Counted from the first letter of the stretch, positions 1 to 8,895 are shown. The stretch: DNA of 64,000 nt from Candidatus Multivoradales bacterium (GCA_965223325.1 CBDCWI010000002.1:3808001-3872000); one strand, 5' to 3'. Notes: generated by a model from the letters alone, not told the origin. Translations and numbers: made by a program.

Positions 1-1
1 A

Positions 2-214
2 AGAGCTTCCGGCATCTCAAAGCGCGCAAGCTGCCACACCTTCCGACACTCCTTCGCCACCCATCTACTGGAGAGCGGCTACGACATCCGCACCATCCAA
101 GAGCTACTCGGCCACCGCAGCGTCAAGACAACCATGATCTACACCCACGTCCTGAACCGCGGCGGCCTCCCCGTCAGGAGCCCCCTCGACCTGATCCCCA
201 CGCAATCTGAGTAG
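2..214 (+). CDS. intI: Integron integrase, C-terminal part (truncated by window start)
   Basis: Manual translation: ...[54 protein letters not shown]. It has the tyrosine recombinase HxxR, H and Y residues and the IntI-typical tail, and an attC array follows. Confidence 0.95.
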   Translation, partial: RASGISKRASCHTFRHSFATHLLESGYDIRTIQELLGHRSVKTTMIYTHVLNRGGLPVRSPLDLIPTQSE

Positions 215-428
215 GGTTACACGGAACCCGTGTTCCCCATTCGCCCGATCACCCAATCAACAAAACGCCCAGAATCCCGTACCTTGCAGATTGGCTCGCT
301 CGAACAACACGGCACCCAAGTTCCACCTTTCAGACCTCCGCAGAGCAAAGGCCGACGAGATCGTCCACATTCCGAACATAGTGATTCTCAAACTCCGGCT
401 CCGAAGTGCAGTGCCTGCGGGTTCCCAA

Positions 429-458
429 TGGATCTGCGCGAGTTTCCAGCGGTACAAT
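429..458 (+). promoter_or_regulatory. Candidate cassette promoter Pc
   Basis: TACAAT at 453-458, ~50 nt upstream of the attI core. The -35 (TGGATC) is poor. Confidence 0.35.
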
Positions 459-489
459 TATGTGGACACGAGCGGCGGTGTTCGCTGTT

Positions 490-517
490 TTCGTTCCATT
501 GAATAACACTGTTGGGC
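490..517 (+). other. attI recombination site (core G/TTGGGC at 511-517)
   Basis: Identity with the duplicate cassette at 7571 starts at this GTT. There is no attC upstream. GTTGGGCGGC is complementary to GCCGCCCAAC at the cassette's own attC. Confidence 0.8.
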
Positions 518-538
518 GGCGACCCGGGGCAGGGACAG

Positions 539-964
539 TTGACTGAGAAGGAACAGCTTGCCACCTTCGTCGTGGTTGTAGCGGAGTTCATGGAACGGCA
601 AGCGCCGATCCCAGCCGAGCTAAGCATGGCCGAACACATGCGGCAACTCGATCCATGCAAAACACCGCTCGCCGGCTGGCGAGACGCTTCTCGCGACATG
701 GTCGAGTGGGCAGTCGACCTCACGCCCGCCGAGGTGTTCGAAGTTGACGCGCTCTTGAGCGCTCGGAACGTACCCACTCTGACCGCCATGAGAAATCGGC
801 GCTACCGTTCGCTGTTGAAGGTCCTGGCCCGTGGGGTGAAATCTGCCGGCGACTACCGCCTCTTAGAGGCCTTCCTCGCTGACACCGCCGATACAATTCT
901 GAGCGTCAAAGAACGAACACTTGCCGGGAGACGCGTTGAAGAGTACGACGCCAAGAACACCTGA
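539..964 (+). CDS. Hypothetical protein, cassette 1
   Basis: ORF fills the cassette. TTG start after AGGGA; alternative start at 512. Confidence 0.75.
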   Translation: MTEKEQLATFVVVVAEFMERQAPIPAELSMAEHMRQLDPCKTPLAGWRDASRDMVEWAVDLTPAEVFEVDALLSARNVPTLTAMRNRRYRSLLKVLARGVKSAGDYRLLEAFLADTADTILSVKERTLAGRRVEEYDAKNT

Positions 965-969
965 GCGCC

Positions 970-1056
970 GCCCAACAAACCGCATGCACGTGGACGCAAA
1001 CCCCGGGCTCGCTGCGCTCGCTCGGGCTTCACGCCAGTGATGCTTGTCCGTTCGGC
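970..1056 (+). repeat. attC site
   Basis: GCCCAAC...GTTCGGC with internal dyad symmetry. Confidence 0.9.
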
Positions 1057-1067
1057 GGACTAACGCA

Positions 1068-1700
1068 GTGTCAAGAGGCGAAAGATGGCGAGCGTTTGGA
1101 TACGCACTCCGCTCATCATTGACGGCAAGAGTCGGACTCGTTCTCTTCGTCGTCGGCCTAGTTGTGGCGAAAGCCATCCCGCTCATCTTCGCTGGCGAAT
1201 CTTTCGAAGCTCAGCTGATAGCTGGCGGTGGATGGACGGCCGTGGCGTTCGGCGCGATGCTCATGTTGTTGTCTCTCTCGAGGGCGGATCGGGAGCACCT
1301 GCCGCCGGTCGTCGACCCTCTGAAACCTCGGCCACTGGTGTGGGCAGTACCAGCCCTAGCACTCTTGGTCGCCAACTTGGGCCTCGGTTTTGCGGCGGGT
1401 CCTGGTTCCATCGACACGTCCATCGGGGAGCACCTTCTCTTCCCCTTGCTAGCCGGCGGGTTCTTCGCGATCCCGAAGAGCCCCTATCGCTGGGTTAGGT
1501 TCTGGAAGGTCATCGCGATCATCTCCCTCCTGGCACTACCCCGAAGCCTGACTAGCATGCGCCAGCCGAGCGAGGCCGGGTTTCACCTACCCGCCGCCGA
1601 ACAACAGCATCGAGCCGACGTGAACCCGCAGCCGCTTCGCGTCTTCGGCTTCCCGCGGCTCATGCAAGTCCGTTGTACTGCGCAGGCACCGCCTGGGTAG
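1068..1700 (+). CDS. Hypothetical membrane protein, cassette 2 (reads through attC)
   Basis: Several hydrophobic helices; start uncertain. Confidence 0.65.
   Translation: MSRGERWRAFGYALRSSLTARVGLVLFVVGLVVAKAIPLIFAGESFEAQLIAGGGWTAVAFGAMLMLLSLSRADREHLPPVVDPLKPRPLVWAVPALALLVANLGLGFAAGPGSIDTSIGEHLLFPLLAGGFFAIPKSPYRWVRFWKVIAIISLLALPRSLTSMRQPSEAGFHLPAAEQQHRADVNPQPLRVFGFPRLMQVRCTAQAPPG
1596..1678 (+). repeat. attC site
   Basis: GCCGAAC...GTTGTAC. Confidence 0.9.
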
Positions 1701-2053
1701 CGGGCAGGGCGTCGCGAGCTCAGAACGTCACGAGATCGTCGCAGCCGGTTCTGCCGGGCCGTTCGCTTGTGCCGGCCGCGACGTTCCCGCGGGAACGTCC
1801 CAGCGTTGCCCACCGCCCTGCGGTGCAGCTCGGCCGCTCCGGCGTGCTCGTCGGTCAGGGCCAGGCGGGCACCGTGTTCTTCTCGCAGTCGCTCGGCGGT
1901 GCAAGAATGGGGCGGAACCTGCGCCGTGCAGCTCTCGTCTCTCACCCAGTCGGCGCTACGAAGGCCGGGTCGTTTCGTGGCTCGAGCCTTCTCGTTGAAG
2001 AACGCCGCGAGGATCGAAAGCTAACGTCAGCCATGGCATCCGAAGAGAGCGCA

Positions 2054-2136
2054 GTACAACAACCCGGTCGAGCTGACGAGAACCTGCGTTCGCTTCGCTC
2101 ACTACGGTTCTCGCAGCTCACCGTTGTCCGTTCGGC
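2054..2136 (+). repeat. attC site
   Basis: GTACAAC...GTTCGGC. Confidence 0.9.
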
Positions 2137-2139
2137 GGC

Positions 2140-2610
2140 ATGAATACAGTTCTCGCAGTCTGGCTGGTTCTATGCCATGGACTGGTCGCGCCAGCGAGCG
2201 TAGTCCAAGAGGCAACAGACGGCGTCGAAATATACGTTCGCGATGCCCAAGAAGTAGCGATTGAGGGAGTTACGGTCGAGCTTTGGCATCGTCTGGATGC
2301 AGGCTCGGAGTGGTCGCGGGCGCAGGTGCGTTTCACGAACCACCTTGGCTGGGTCTATGTCGACCTGAAAGGCGACGGGGAGTACCGCATTGAGCTCCAA
2401 CTCGACGGTTATATGAACGCTAGGCTTGGGCCGTTCCGAATCTCAAGGTCGGAGTCGATTCCTTCGAAACTCGAGGCTGTTATGAACATCACGATCCAAG
2501 CGAGGCAAACCGTGCCGCCGAACAATCGGAATGCACAAGGACGCCAACCTGTGCTCGCTTCGCTCGCGGCGGTTGGCGCCTGTGATTCCGGGTGCCGTTG
2601 TGCAGCCTAA
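2140..2610 (+). CDS. Secreted protein, carboxypeptidase-regulatory-like beta-sandwich, cassette 4
   Basis: Signal peptide; IEGVTVEL...TNHLG...GEYRIELQLDGY pattern. Confidence 0.6.
   Translation: MNTVLAVWLVLCHGLVAPASVVQEATDGVEIYVRDAQEVAIEGVTVELWHRLDAGSEWSRAQVRFTNHLGWVYVDLKGDGEYRIELQLDGYMNARLGPFRISRSESIPSKLEAVMNITIQARQTVPPNNRNAQGRQPVLASLAAVGACDSGCRCAA
2517..2603 (+). repeat. attC site
   Basis: GCCGAAC...GTTGTGC. Confidence 0.9.
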
Positions 2611-3220
2611 GGGTCTCATGGTCGTGCTTCTCGCTTCGTCCGCGGTTGCTGGCACCTCTGGCAATTGGCGTTTCGACGCGGGGTTGGAGGAGTGGCACTG
2701 CGAGGCCGGGTTCTGTCATTGGGATCCGGCAGGCGTTGACGCTAACGGTGGCGCACTGCTGATCCAGCCGTTCATCGACCCACACTTGGCTACGGCGGTT
2801 GGGAGCGCGTTATCACCCTGCGTGGATCTGGCAGATGGCGTACCGCGCGCCGCCTTCTCGTCCATGATTGATGCACGCCTCGGCAACGGCCGTGCCGAAA
2901 TCGGAGTGCTCTTCTTTGAAGACCGAGCATGCGGCAACCTCCTTGGCCATCACGTCAGCAATGTCGATACTGTTATCGGCTGGACCACACATTCAGGCAC
3001 GACTTCTATTCAGAACGGAGCTGCCTCCGCCCGGCTTCGGATTCACTTCGAAACAACTGACCTCGATTCTCTGGTAAAGGTAGATTCGGCATCACTGTCG
3101 GCAGCGCTACTAGTTCCGACGCTCGATGTGCTCGGTGGCGGCGTGCTGTTACTGATTCTCGGATGGGTCGCCTCGAAGCGCGTGCGGCGGCTGCACAACA
3201 ACCCGGTCAACTCGACATGA
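2600..3220 (+). CDS. Secreted Cys-containing protein with IPTL-CTERM-like tail, cassette 5
   Basis: Signal peptide; C-terminal VPTL + TM helix + KRVRR; paralog of 6893-7561. Confidence 0.7.
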   Translation: MQPKGLMVVLLASSAVAGTSGNWRFDAGLEEWHCEAGFCHWDPAGVDANGGALLIQPFIDPHLATAVGSALSPCVDLADGVPRAAFSSMIDARLGNGRAEIGVLFFEDRACGNLLGHHVSNVDTVIGWTTHSGTTSIQNGAASARLRIHFETTDLDSLVKVDSASLSAALLVPTLDVLGGGVLLLILGWVASKRVRRLHNNPVNST

Positions 3221-3275
3221 ACCCGCGTCCGCTTCGCTCCCGCGTGCCCATGCGAGTTACCGTCGTCCGTTGGGC
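3193..3275 (+). repeat. attC site
   Basis: GCACAAC...GTTGGGC. Confidence 0.9.
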
Positions 3276-3857
3276 GCCTTTGCCGTGATCGCCGGTACTG
3301 ATCGAATTCTTCGGTACAACGAGTGGCAAGTCTTTGCGGTCTTGGCCACGACGGCTCTTCTTGCGTTCGGCCTTGTGGCCGCATCCGTTCCTTTCGGCAG
3401 TCGCGTACCTGCCGAGGTCGCTGGTCTCTCGTTCGCTGCCTTCGAGCTTGCGTACTTTGGCTGGCTCCTGTGCATCGGTACGTCAATGTGGGCACGGGTC
3501 CGACCGGCCTCTCCAATGCGGTTCCCATTCCTCGCTGGTCTTCTTCTCGCAGCGGTCCTGTATGTTGCGTTTGCGGTGCCCATCCTTCTTCAGGGCTCTG
3601 AGGTGGCGTTCACAGCACTCTTGGCGGTCCTCCATGTTGGCGCCATGGCTCTCAACTTCTATCTTCTTTGGTACGCGAGTCGTGGCCTCGCCTCGGCGGA
3701 GGTTGGCGAGGTGGCGTCGCTCGATCACACCATCGGGCTGTTCGTGGCGCTGTGGCTCACTGCTTTCCTTCCCGCGGGCGCTTGGTGGGCTCACAAGCGA
3801 GCCCGCCAGGTGGCCGGCATAGGTGCGGCGCCCAACACACAGGTCGAGCTGACGTGA
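3270..3857 (+). CDS. Hypothetical integral membrane protein, cassette 6
   Basis: About five TM segments; start uncertain. Confidence 0.7.
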   Translation: MGAFAVIAGTDRILRYNEWQVFAVLATTALLAFGLVAASVPFGSRVPAEVAGLSFAAFELAYFGWLLCIGTSMWARVRPASPMRFPFLAGLLLAAVLYVAFAVPILLQGSEVAFTALLAVLHVGAMALNFYLLWYASRGLASAEVGEVASLDHTIGLFVALWLTAFLPAGAWWAHKRARQVAGIGAAPNTQVELT

Positions 3858-3878
3858 ACCCGTGCTCGCTTCGCTCGC
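3830..3878 (+). repeat. Truncated attC (left arm only)
   Basis: GCCCAAC and loop are present; the right arm is missing. Confidence 0.75.
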
Positions 3879-4063
3879 CGGCGACCAGTTTCTGCTGAGG
3901 CAAGGTCGCGTCTTGCGTCTGTTTGCTGAGTCAGGAGAGGTTGAAGATCTCGCTGAATCTTGGGATCGTTCTTGAAGAGCGCGGCGGAAGATCCTCTTGC
4001 CTTGTGCTGCGTTCTGGAGAACGTCATGAAGAGACGAATCGCCTATCGAAACCGAAGCCGGCC

Positions 4064-4096
4064 AGCTAACAACTGGGTCAACTCCGTCCGTTGTGC
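4064..4096 (+). repeat. Internally deleted attC remnant
   Basis: AGCTAAC-AACTGGGTCAACTC joined directly to CGTCCGTTGTGC. Confidence 0.6.
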
Positions 4097-4114
4097 TGCG
4101 TTCTGGAGAACGTC

Positions 4115-4555
4115 ATGAAGAGACGAATCGCCTATTCCGCCGTTGTCTTTCTAGCGGGAGCGGTAGTGGGAGGAGCCGCGGCCGGCTACTACGCCTACCG
4201 GAGCTTCCAGAACCTCTTCGCTCACATGTACACGGTGGGAGTGACCGGCCAGGTCTTCATGGCCGGCGAGATTCGTGCTGGCCGAACTGACGGCCTCGTG
4301 GAACATTTCGAGGCGTCCATCCCGGATTATGCCCGAGGTGTCCAGATGTTTTCAGAATCGGATCAAACGCTCTGGGCGCTCTCCTCGCTCAAGGAGTACA
4401 GCCTTCGGAACAAGCTTCCATTGCCCACCGAACTGGAGGACGTCGAAGTGATCCCGGGATCATGTGACGTCCCCGAACGCCACGCAGCACAACAACCAGC
4501 TTCACAACGACCGGAACCCTCAGCCGCTTCGCGGCCTCCGGGTTCCGGCGTGTGA
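4115..4555 (+). CDS. Hypothetical protein with N-terminal TM/signal, cassette 7
   Basis: GGAGA RBS + ATG; stop codon inside attC. Confidence 0.75.
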   Translation: MKRRIAYSAVVFLAGAVVGGAAAGYYAYRSFQNLFAHMYTVGVTGQVFMAGEIRAGRTDGLVEHFEASIPDYARGVQMFSESDQTLWALSSLKEYSLRNKLPLPTELEDVEVIPGSCDVPERHAAQQPASQRPEPSAASRPPGSGV

Positions 4556-4571
4556 GCTTCGTCCGTTAGGT
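4487..4571 (+). repeat. attC site
   Basis: GCACAAC...GTTAGGT. Confidence 0.9.
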
Positions 4572-4576
4572 GCCTC

Positions 4577-5071
4577 GTGTCTCGACTATCAAAGGGCTCG
4601 ACTTCAGATCCGTCGGTTCGAAGAGCTTCGAAGAAGGACATCAAGGCGCTCGTCGAGCTAATGTCCGCCTTCTATGCAGAGTCTAATTTCCGTCTCGACG
4701 TCGACTGGGCCGAGGCCGCCTTTAGGAGGTTGTTCGAAGACGCTGCGCTTGGCTGCGTCTGGATCGCCGAACGAAGCGAGACACCCGTCGGGCATGTCGT
4801 ACTGACTCTCCGCTATGCCATGGAGCATGGTGCGCTCTGTGGCCACATCGACGACTTGTACGTCAAGCCGGAGTCTCGTCGTCAAGGCGTTGCTCGAACA
4901 CTGGTGAGTGAGTTAGTCCGTGAGTGCGAGAAGAGGAACTGCAAGGCACTCTTCGTCGAAGTCGGTGAGGAGAACACACCAGCTCTTCGTCTATACCGCG
5001 AGTTCGGTATCGTGCCCTTCGAAGACGGTCGAACACTCCTTGCCGGTGGGATTCGCTGTGCCGGCACCTAA
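4577..5071 (+). CDS. GNAT family N-acetyltransferase
   Basis: IDDLYVKPESRRQGVA acetyl-CoA motif; NTPALRLYREFG. Confidence 0.92.
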   Translation: MSRLSKGSTSDPSVRRASKKDIKALVELMSAFYAESNFRLDVDWAEAAFRRLFEDAALGCVWIAERSETPVGHVVLTLRYAMEHGALCGHIDDLYVKPESRRQGVARTLVSELVRECEKRNCKALFVEVGEENTPALRLYREFGIVPFEDGRTLLAGGIRCAGT

Positions 5072-5150
5072 CAACCGCATGCAGCCCGACTCGTACCCGT
5101 GCTCGCTGCGCTCGCTCGGGTACGAGCGGCTGATGCTCGTTCCGTTCGGC
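5066..5150 (+). repeat. attC site
   Basis: ACCTAAC...GTTCGGC. Confidence 0.9.
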
Positions 5151-5193
5151 GGCCTGTAGGCCAATTCTGTAGCGAGGTAGGGATGAACGGATC

Positions 5194-5808
5194 TTGATTG
5201 CGCGCCGTCGTCGCGCGTTGGTGTTCGTTTCGGTGGGGACCGTGCTTGTGTTGGCCGCCGCTGCGATCCTCTACTGGGCATTCTGGCAGTGGCGCTTTAG
5301 CGAACTTGTAGAGGCACGTGATCTGGCCGCTGCGCTTGGGACGGAAGATGGCGAGAGGTTCTGGAGAGAGGTGGTGCGGGACGAACTAGAATTTCCACCA
5401 TGGGTGGAAACTCGCCACGATGCGATCGAACACCTTCTCACTAACGTTGCGAACGGCTGGCCAGCGGGCTTCGACTCGGAGCTCTACTGGCTCGCCGTTC
5501 ACTTCCTCGCCATCGACTGCGCAAAGTCACGCCACTATCTCGATGAGTACATTGAAAGAAGTCCAGACGGTCCCGGAGGGCTCCGTACTGAAGATGCGGT
5601 ACTCCTTAGGGCCACAATCGAACGTCAGGGCTGCGCCGCCGCGAGTCGGAAACTCGAACGCACAGGTGGGAGCCTGCGCGCCGTGAACGGGACAGCCACC
5701 GCGAGGTCGGCCGTCGAACAATCGGCTGCACTGGACGCAAACCCGCGCTCGCTTCACTCGCCCGGGTTCGCGCCAGTGAGCCTTGTCCGTTCGACGGCTA
5801 GCGAGTGA
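5194..5808 (+). CDS. Hypothetical protein with N-terminal TM (reads through attC)
   Basis: Longest ORF in the cassette; basic N-terminus followed by a hydrophobic helix. Confidence 0.65.
   Translation: MIARRRRALVFVSVGTVLVLAAAAILYWAFWQWRFSELVEARDLAAALGTEDGERFWREVVRDELEFPPWVETRHDAIEHLLTNVANGWPAGFDSELYWLAVHFLAIDCAKSRHYLDEYIERSPDGPGGLRTEDAVLLRATIERQGCAAASRKLERTGGSLRAVNGTATARSAVEQSAALDANPRSLHSPGFAPVSLVRSTASE
5713..5795 (+). repeat. attC site
   Basis: GTCGAAC...GTTCGAC. Confidence 0.9.
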
Positions 5809-6293
5809 CACGTCACGAGATAGAAGCAGCACTCCAGCGACTCGGGCTGGAAGGCCACGTGACCGAGTCGACCGAGGGATCGGTGAGCCACTTCTCGCTT
5901 CCCGTTCCAGCCGGCGCCGAGTTCTCGATTGTCTGCTCCGTTGACGAAGACGGCGAGCCGCAGGTCGGAGCGAACCTTCTCGCTGCCCCTCAGGGAACGT
6001 ACTTCTGGTACTGCCCGCTCGAGAATTCGGATTTCGAGTCAGAGGAGGCGCGAGCGCACGAACTTGAGCGGGTCGTCGCGGCCTTCGTCGAGCACCCGAC
6101 GACTATCGTTCAGCGGAAAGGCCTACTCTTCTGGCACTTCACCGCCGTCGCGAACTCACCGGATGGGAATGTCGAGTTTCAAGGCGCTTCGTGCCTTAGG
6201 CCAGCGTTTCAAGTACCCTCGATTCGTGGAAAGGAAAAGCGCTACGAGTCTCCAGCAATCGCACCACGCCGTCGAACAATCGGGTCGAGCTGA
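5805..6293 (+). CDS. Hypothetical protein, cassette 10
   Basis: ORF fills the cassette. Confidence 0.7.
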   Translation: MTRHEIEAALQRLGLEGHVTESTEGSVSHFSLPVPAGAEFSIVCSVDEDGEPQVGANLLAAPQGTYFWYCPLENSDFESEEARAHELERVVAAFVEHPTTIVQRKGLLFWHFTAVANSPDGNVEFQGASCLRPAFQVPSIRGKEKRYESPAIAPRRRTIGSS

Positions 6294-6353
6294 CGTGAAC
6301 CCGCGCTCGCTTCGCTCGCTCGGGTTCCCGCAGCTCACCCTTGTCCGTTAGAC
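6271..6353 (+). repeat. attC site
   Basis: GTCGAAC...GTTAGAC. Confidence 0.9.
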
Positions 6354-6365
6354 GACTCTGCGAGC

Positions 6366-6818
6366 ATGGAGCATTCTCCCTACAACGATGAGTGGGCAAC
6401 CTGCGCGAAGACCTTCGCGACTCTTCGGATCTACTCAGCGGAAGCGAGCCCGGAAGAGGTCACTCGCCTTCTCAACGTGCGACCGACAACAACCCGGAGA
6501 AGGGGCGAACTACGCGGTGACTTCAAGCTCCCACACAACTGCTGGCTCCTATGCTCCGACGGCTTCGTCGAGTCGAAGGATGTGCGCCGCCACATCGACT
6601 GGGTTCTCGACCGGATCGAGCCCGCATCATCGGCGCTTGCTTCTCTCGTGAACTCCGGTGCTCGAGCGGACGTCTCCTGCTACTGGCATTCAAAGTCAAA
6701 CCAAGGCGGCCCAACGATCTCTCCTCGGCAAGCACGCAGGCTTGCTGAGCTTGAACTCGAATGTGGGTTCGACATCTACCCTGCCGATGATGATGAAGTC
6801 ATCGAGATCGTCGTCTAA
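6366..6818 (+). CDS. DUF4279-like protein
   Basis: PEEVTRLLNVRPT...W...HIDWVLD...LAELELECGFDIY resembles DUF4279; stop codon in R''. Confidence 0.75.
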   Translation: MEHSPYNDEWATCAKTFATLRIYSAEASPEEVTRLLNVRPTTTRRRGELRGDFKLPHNCWLLCSDGFVESKDVRRHIDWVLDRIEPASSALASLVNSGARADVSCYWHSKSNQGGPTISPRQARRLAELELECGFDIYPADDDEVIEIVV

Positions 6819-6896
6819 CCAAGAGATGGAGCGGACAAGAACCCGTAGTCGCTACGCTCCTTCGGGTTCCCGCCGCTCATCTCAGGTCCGTTGTGT
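6813..6896 (+). repeat. attC site
   Basis: GTCTAAC...GTTGTGT. Confidence 0.9.
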
Positions 6897-7561
6897 GGCC
6901 TCTAGTGCGTAGTCTGACTCTTCTGGCACTGTTCTCAGCGATTGCGGGCCCCGCCCTTGGCGCGACTGCGTGGTCGTTCGACACGGGAACCGAAGGCTGG
7001 AACTGCATTCGCGGCACTTGCTCCTGGTCGGATTCAGGCGTATTGGAAGGCTCTGGGTCTTTGCTCCTTGAAGCAGAGTGCATCAACCAGCCCGAATCAT
7101 GCGATGCACATGCGGAATCCCCCTGCGTCGCCGTTTCGGGAGCCGAGATCACCTACGGCGCCAACATCGAGGCTAACCTCCCTGAAGGGTTCGGTTTTCT
7201 TGAAGTTCAGGTCTTCAGCGATGAACTGTGCCAAAACATAGTTTTCGGCTTCCCTGCGCTTCCGGAGATGGGAACGGGCTGGAATCGTCACGAACGTACC
7301 GTGCCGCTCCCGCTTGGCTCCCGCAGCGCCAAGCTACACGCGTCGTTCTGGGTTTCACTTGTTCCAGCATCGACGATCCGAGTCGATCAAGCTCAGATCA
7401 CGGTGGCTCAGCCAATTCCCGCGCTTAACTGGCAGGGTGCAGTGGTTCTCGGGGCTCTGGCTCTCGGTATCGGCTACCACCGCGTGGGTCGGCCACACAA
7501 CAACCCGATGCACTCGACTCGTACCCGTGCTCGCTTCGCTCGCCCGGGCACGAGCGAGTGA
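6893..7561 (+). CDS. Secreted Cys-containing protein with IPTL-CTERM-like tail, cassette 12
   Basis: Signal peptide; C-terminal IPALNWQG + TM helix + basic residues. Confidence 0.75.
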   Translation: MWPLVRSLTLLALFSAIAGPALGATAWSFDTGTEGWNCIRGTCSWSDSGVLEGSGSLLLEAECINQPESCDAHAESPCVAVSGAEITYGANIEANLPEGFGFLEVQVFSDELCQNIVFGFPALPEMGTGWNRHERTVPLPLGSRSAKLHASFWVSLVPASTIRVDQAQITVAQPIPALNWQGAVVLGALALGIGYHRVGRPHNNPMHSTRTRARFARPGTSE

Positions 7562-7577
7562 TCGTCGTCCGTTGGGC
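7495..7577 (+). repeat. attC site
   Basis: ACACAAC...GTTGGGC. Confidence 0.9.
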
Positions 7578-8112
7578 GGCGACCCGGGGCAGGGACAGTT
7601 GACTGAGAAGGAACAGCTTGCCACCTTCGTCGTGGTTGTAGCGGAGTTCATGGAACGGCAAGCGCCGATCCCAGCCGAGCTAAGCATGGCCGAACACATG
7701 CGGCAACTCGATCCATGCAAAACACCGCTCGCCGGCTGGCGAGACGCTTCTCGCGACATGGTCGAGTGGGCAGTCGACCTCACGCCCGCCGAGGTGTTCG
7801 AAGTTGACGCGCTCTTGAGCGCTCGGAACGTACCCACTCTGACCGCCATGAGAAATCGGCGCTACCGTTCGCTGTTGAAGGTCCTGGCCCGTGGGGTGAA
7901 ATCTGCCGGCGACTACCGCCTCTTAGAGGCCTTCCTCGCTGACACCGCCGATACAATTCTGAGCGTCAAAGAACGAACACTTGCCGGGAGACGCGTTGAA
8001 GAGTACGACGCCAAGAACACCTGAGCGCCGCCCAACAAACCGCATGCACGTGGACGCAAACCCCGGGCTCGCTGCGCTCGCTCGGGCTTCACGCCAGTGA
8101 TGCTTGTCCGTT
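7571..8112 (+). repeat. Exact duplicate of cassette 1 (511-1052), including attC 8030-8116
   Basis: Line-by-line identity at an offset of 7060. Confidence 0.95.
7599..8024 (+). CDS. Hypothetical protein identical to the cassette 1 product
   Basis: Identical translation. Confidence 0.75.
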   Translation: MTEKEQLATFVVVVAEFMERQAPIPAELSMAEHMRQLDPCKTPLAGWRDASRDMVEWAVDLTPAEVFEVDALLSARNVPTLTAMRNRRYRSLLKVLARGVKSAGDYRLLEAFLADTADTILSVKERTLAGRRVEEYDAKNT

Positions 8113-8125
8113 GTGCGGCCTATCG

Positions 8126-8887
8126 ATGAATGTGACGACTGAATCTGAACAAGAGGTGGGTGCGGAACTGTCTGCGGGTTTCCGCGATCTTGGCAGCCGT
8201 CTCGGTAGGCTTCTTACCAGCCTCGCTGGCTGCTCCGCCATCGCGTTCGTGATGGGTTGGGTGTACTACCGCACCTACTTCTCCATGTTCGGCTGGTCCT
8301 GGCTCGTATCGGAAGTGCGCACCGGAGAGCTGTTGGCGGCGGCTCTGTTTCCGGCTGGAATCTTGGGCGTCTGCGCTGCAATCTCGTTCAGAGACGCGAC
8401 CCGAAGCGTCGATTGGCGTCGGCAATCAGCCGGTGAGATTAGGTTCTTTGTTGTGGCCTTCGTCGCGCTCGGGATCGCTGCTTTGATCGCTGCGTCGAAG
8501 CGCTACCTCGGTTTGGCAGAGATCCTCAATGGGGCAACCTACATGCCAATTGGCTACGTCTTCGGGAATCTCATCGTTGACTTGGCGCGGGAGGGGACTT
8601 CGCGACAGCCCCGCCACTGGGTATGGCTTCCGCTGACTCTGATTATGGTCCTCGGGGCGGCCACCTACTACCTCCCATCCCAGGCGGGCCGCGTGGCTGG
8701 GGTTAAGGCCCTTCAAAGGCCCGAGCGCTTGCCGAGAGTTGTATTTGGCGACTCGACAGACCAGGAGTGGCGTAGGCTTCACTCGGTCGGCGACCTGTTC
8801 TTTCTGGTGCGGGTCGACGGTGGCGGGGTTGCCACCCAGCGCCGGATTGTCCCGATCGGCGATGCATATGCGGAGCTTGATCCATGA
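8126..8887 (+). CDS. Hypothetical multi-pass membrane protein, cassette 14
   Basis: About five TM helices; fills the cassette. Confidence 0.75.
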   Translation: MNVTTESEQEVGAELSAGFRDLGSRLGRLLTSLAGCSAIAFVMGWVYYRTYFSMFGWSWLVSEVRTGELLAAALFPAGILGVCAAISFRDATRSVDWRRQSAGEIRFFVVAFVALGIAALIAASKRYLGLAEILNGATYMPIGYVFGNLIVDLAREGTSRQPRHWVWLPLTLIMVLGAATYYLPSQAGRVAGVKALQRPERLPRVVFGDSTDQEWRRLHSVGDLFFLVRVDGGGVATQRRIVPIGDAYAELDP

Positions 8888-8895
8888 GGGCGGCC

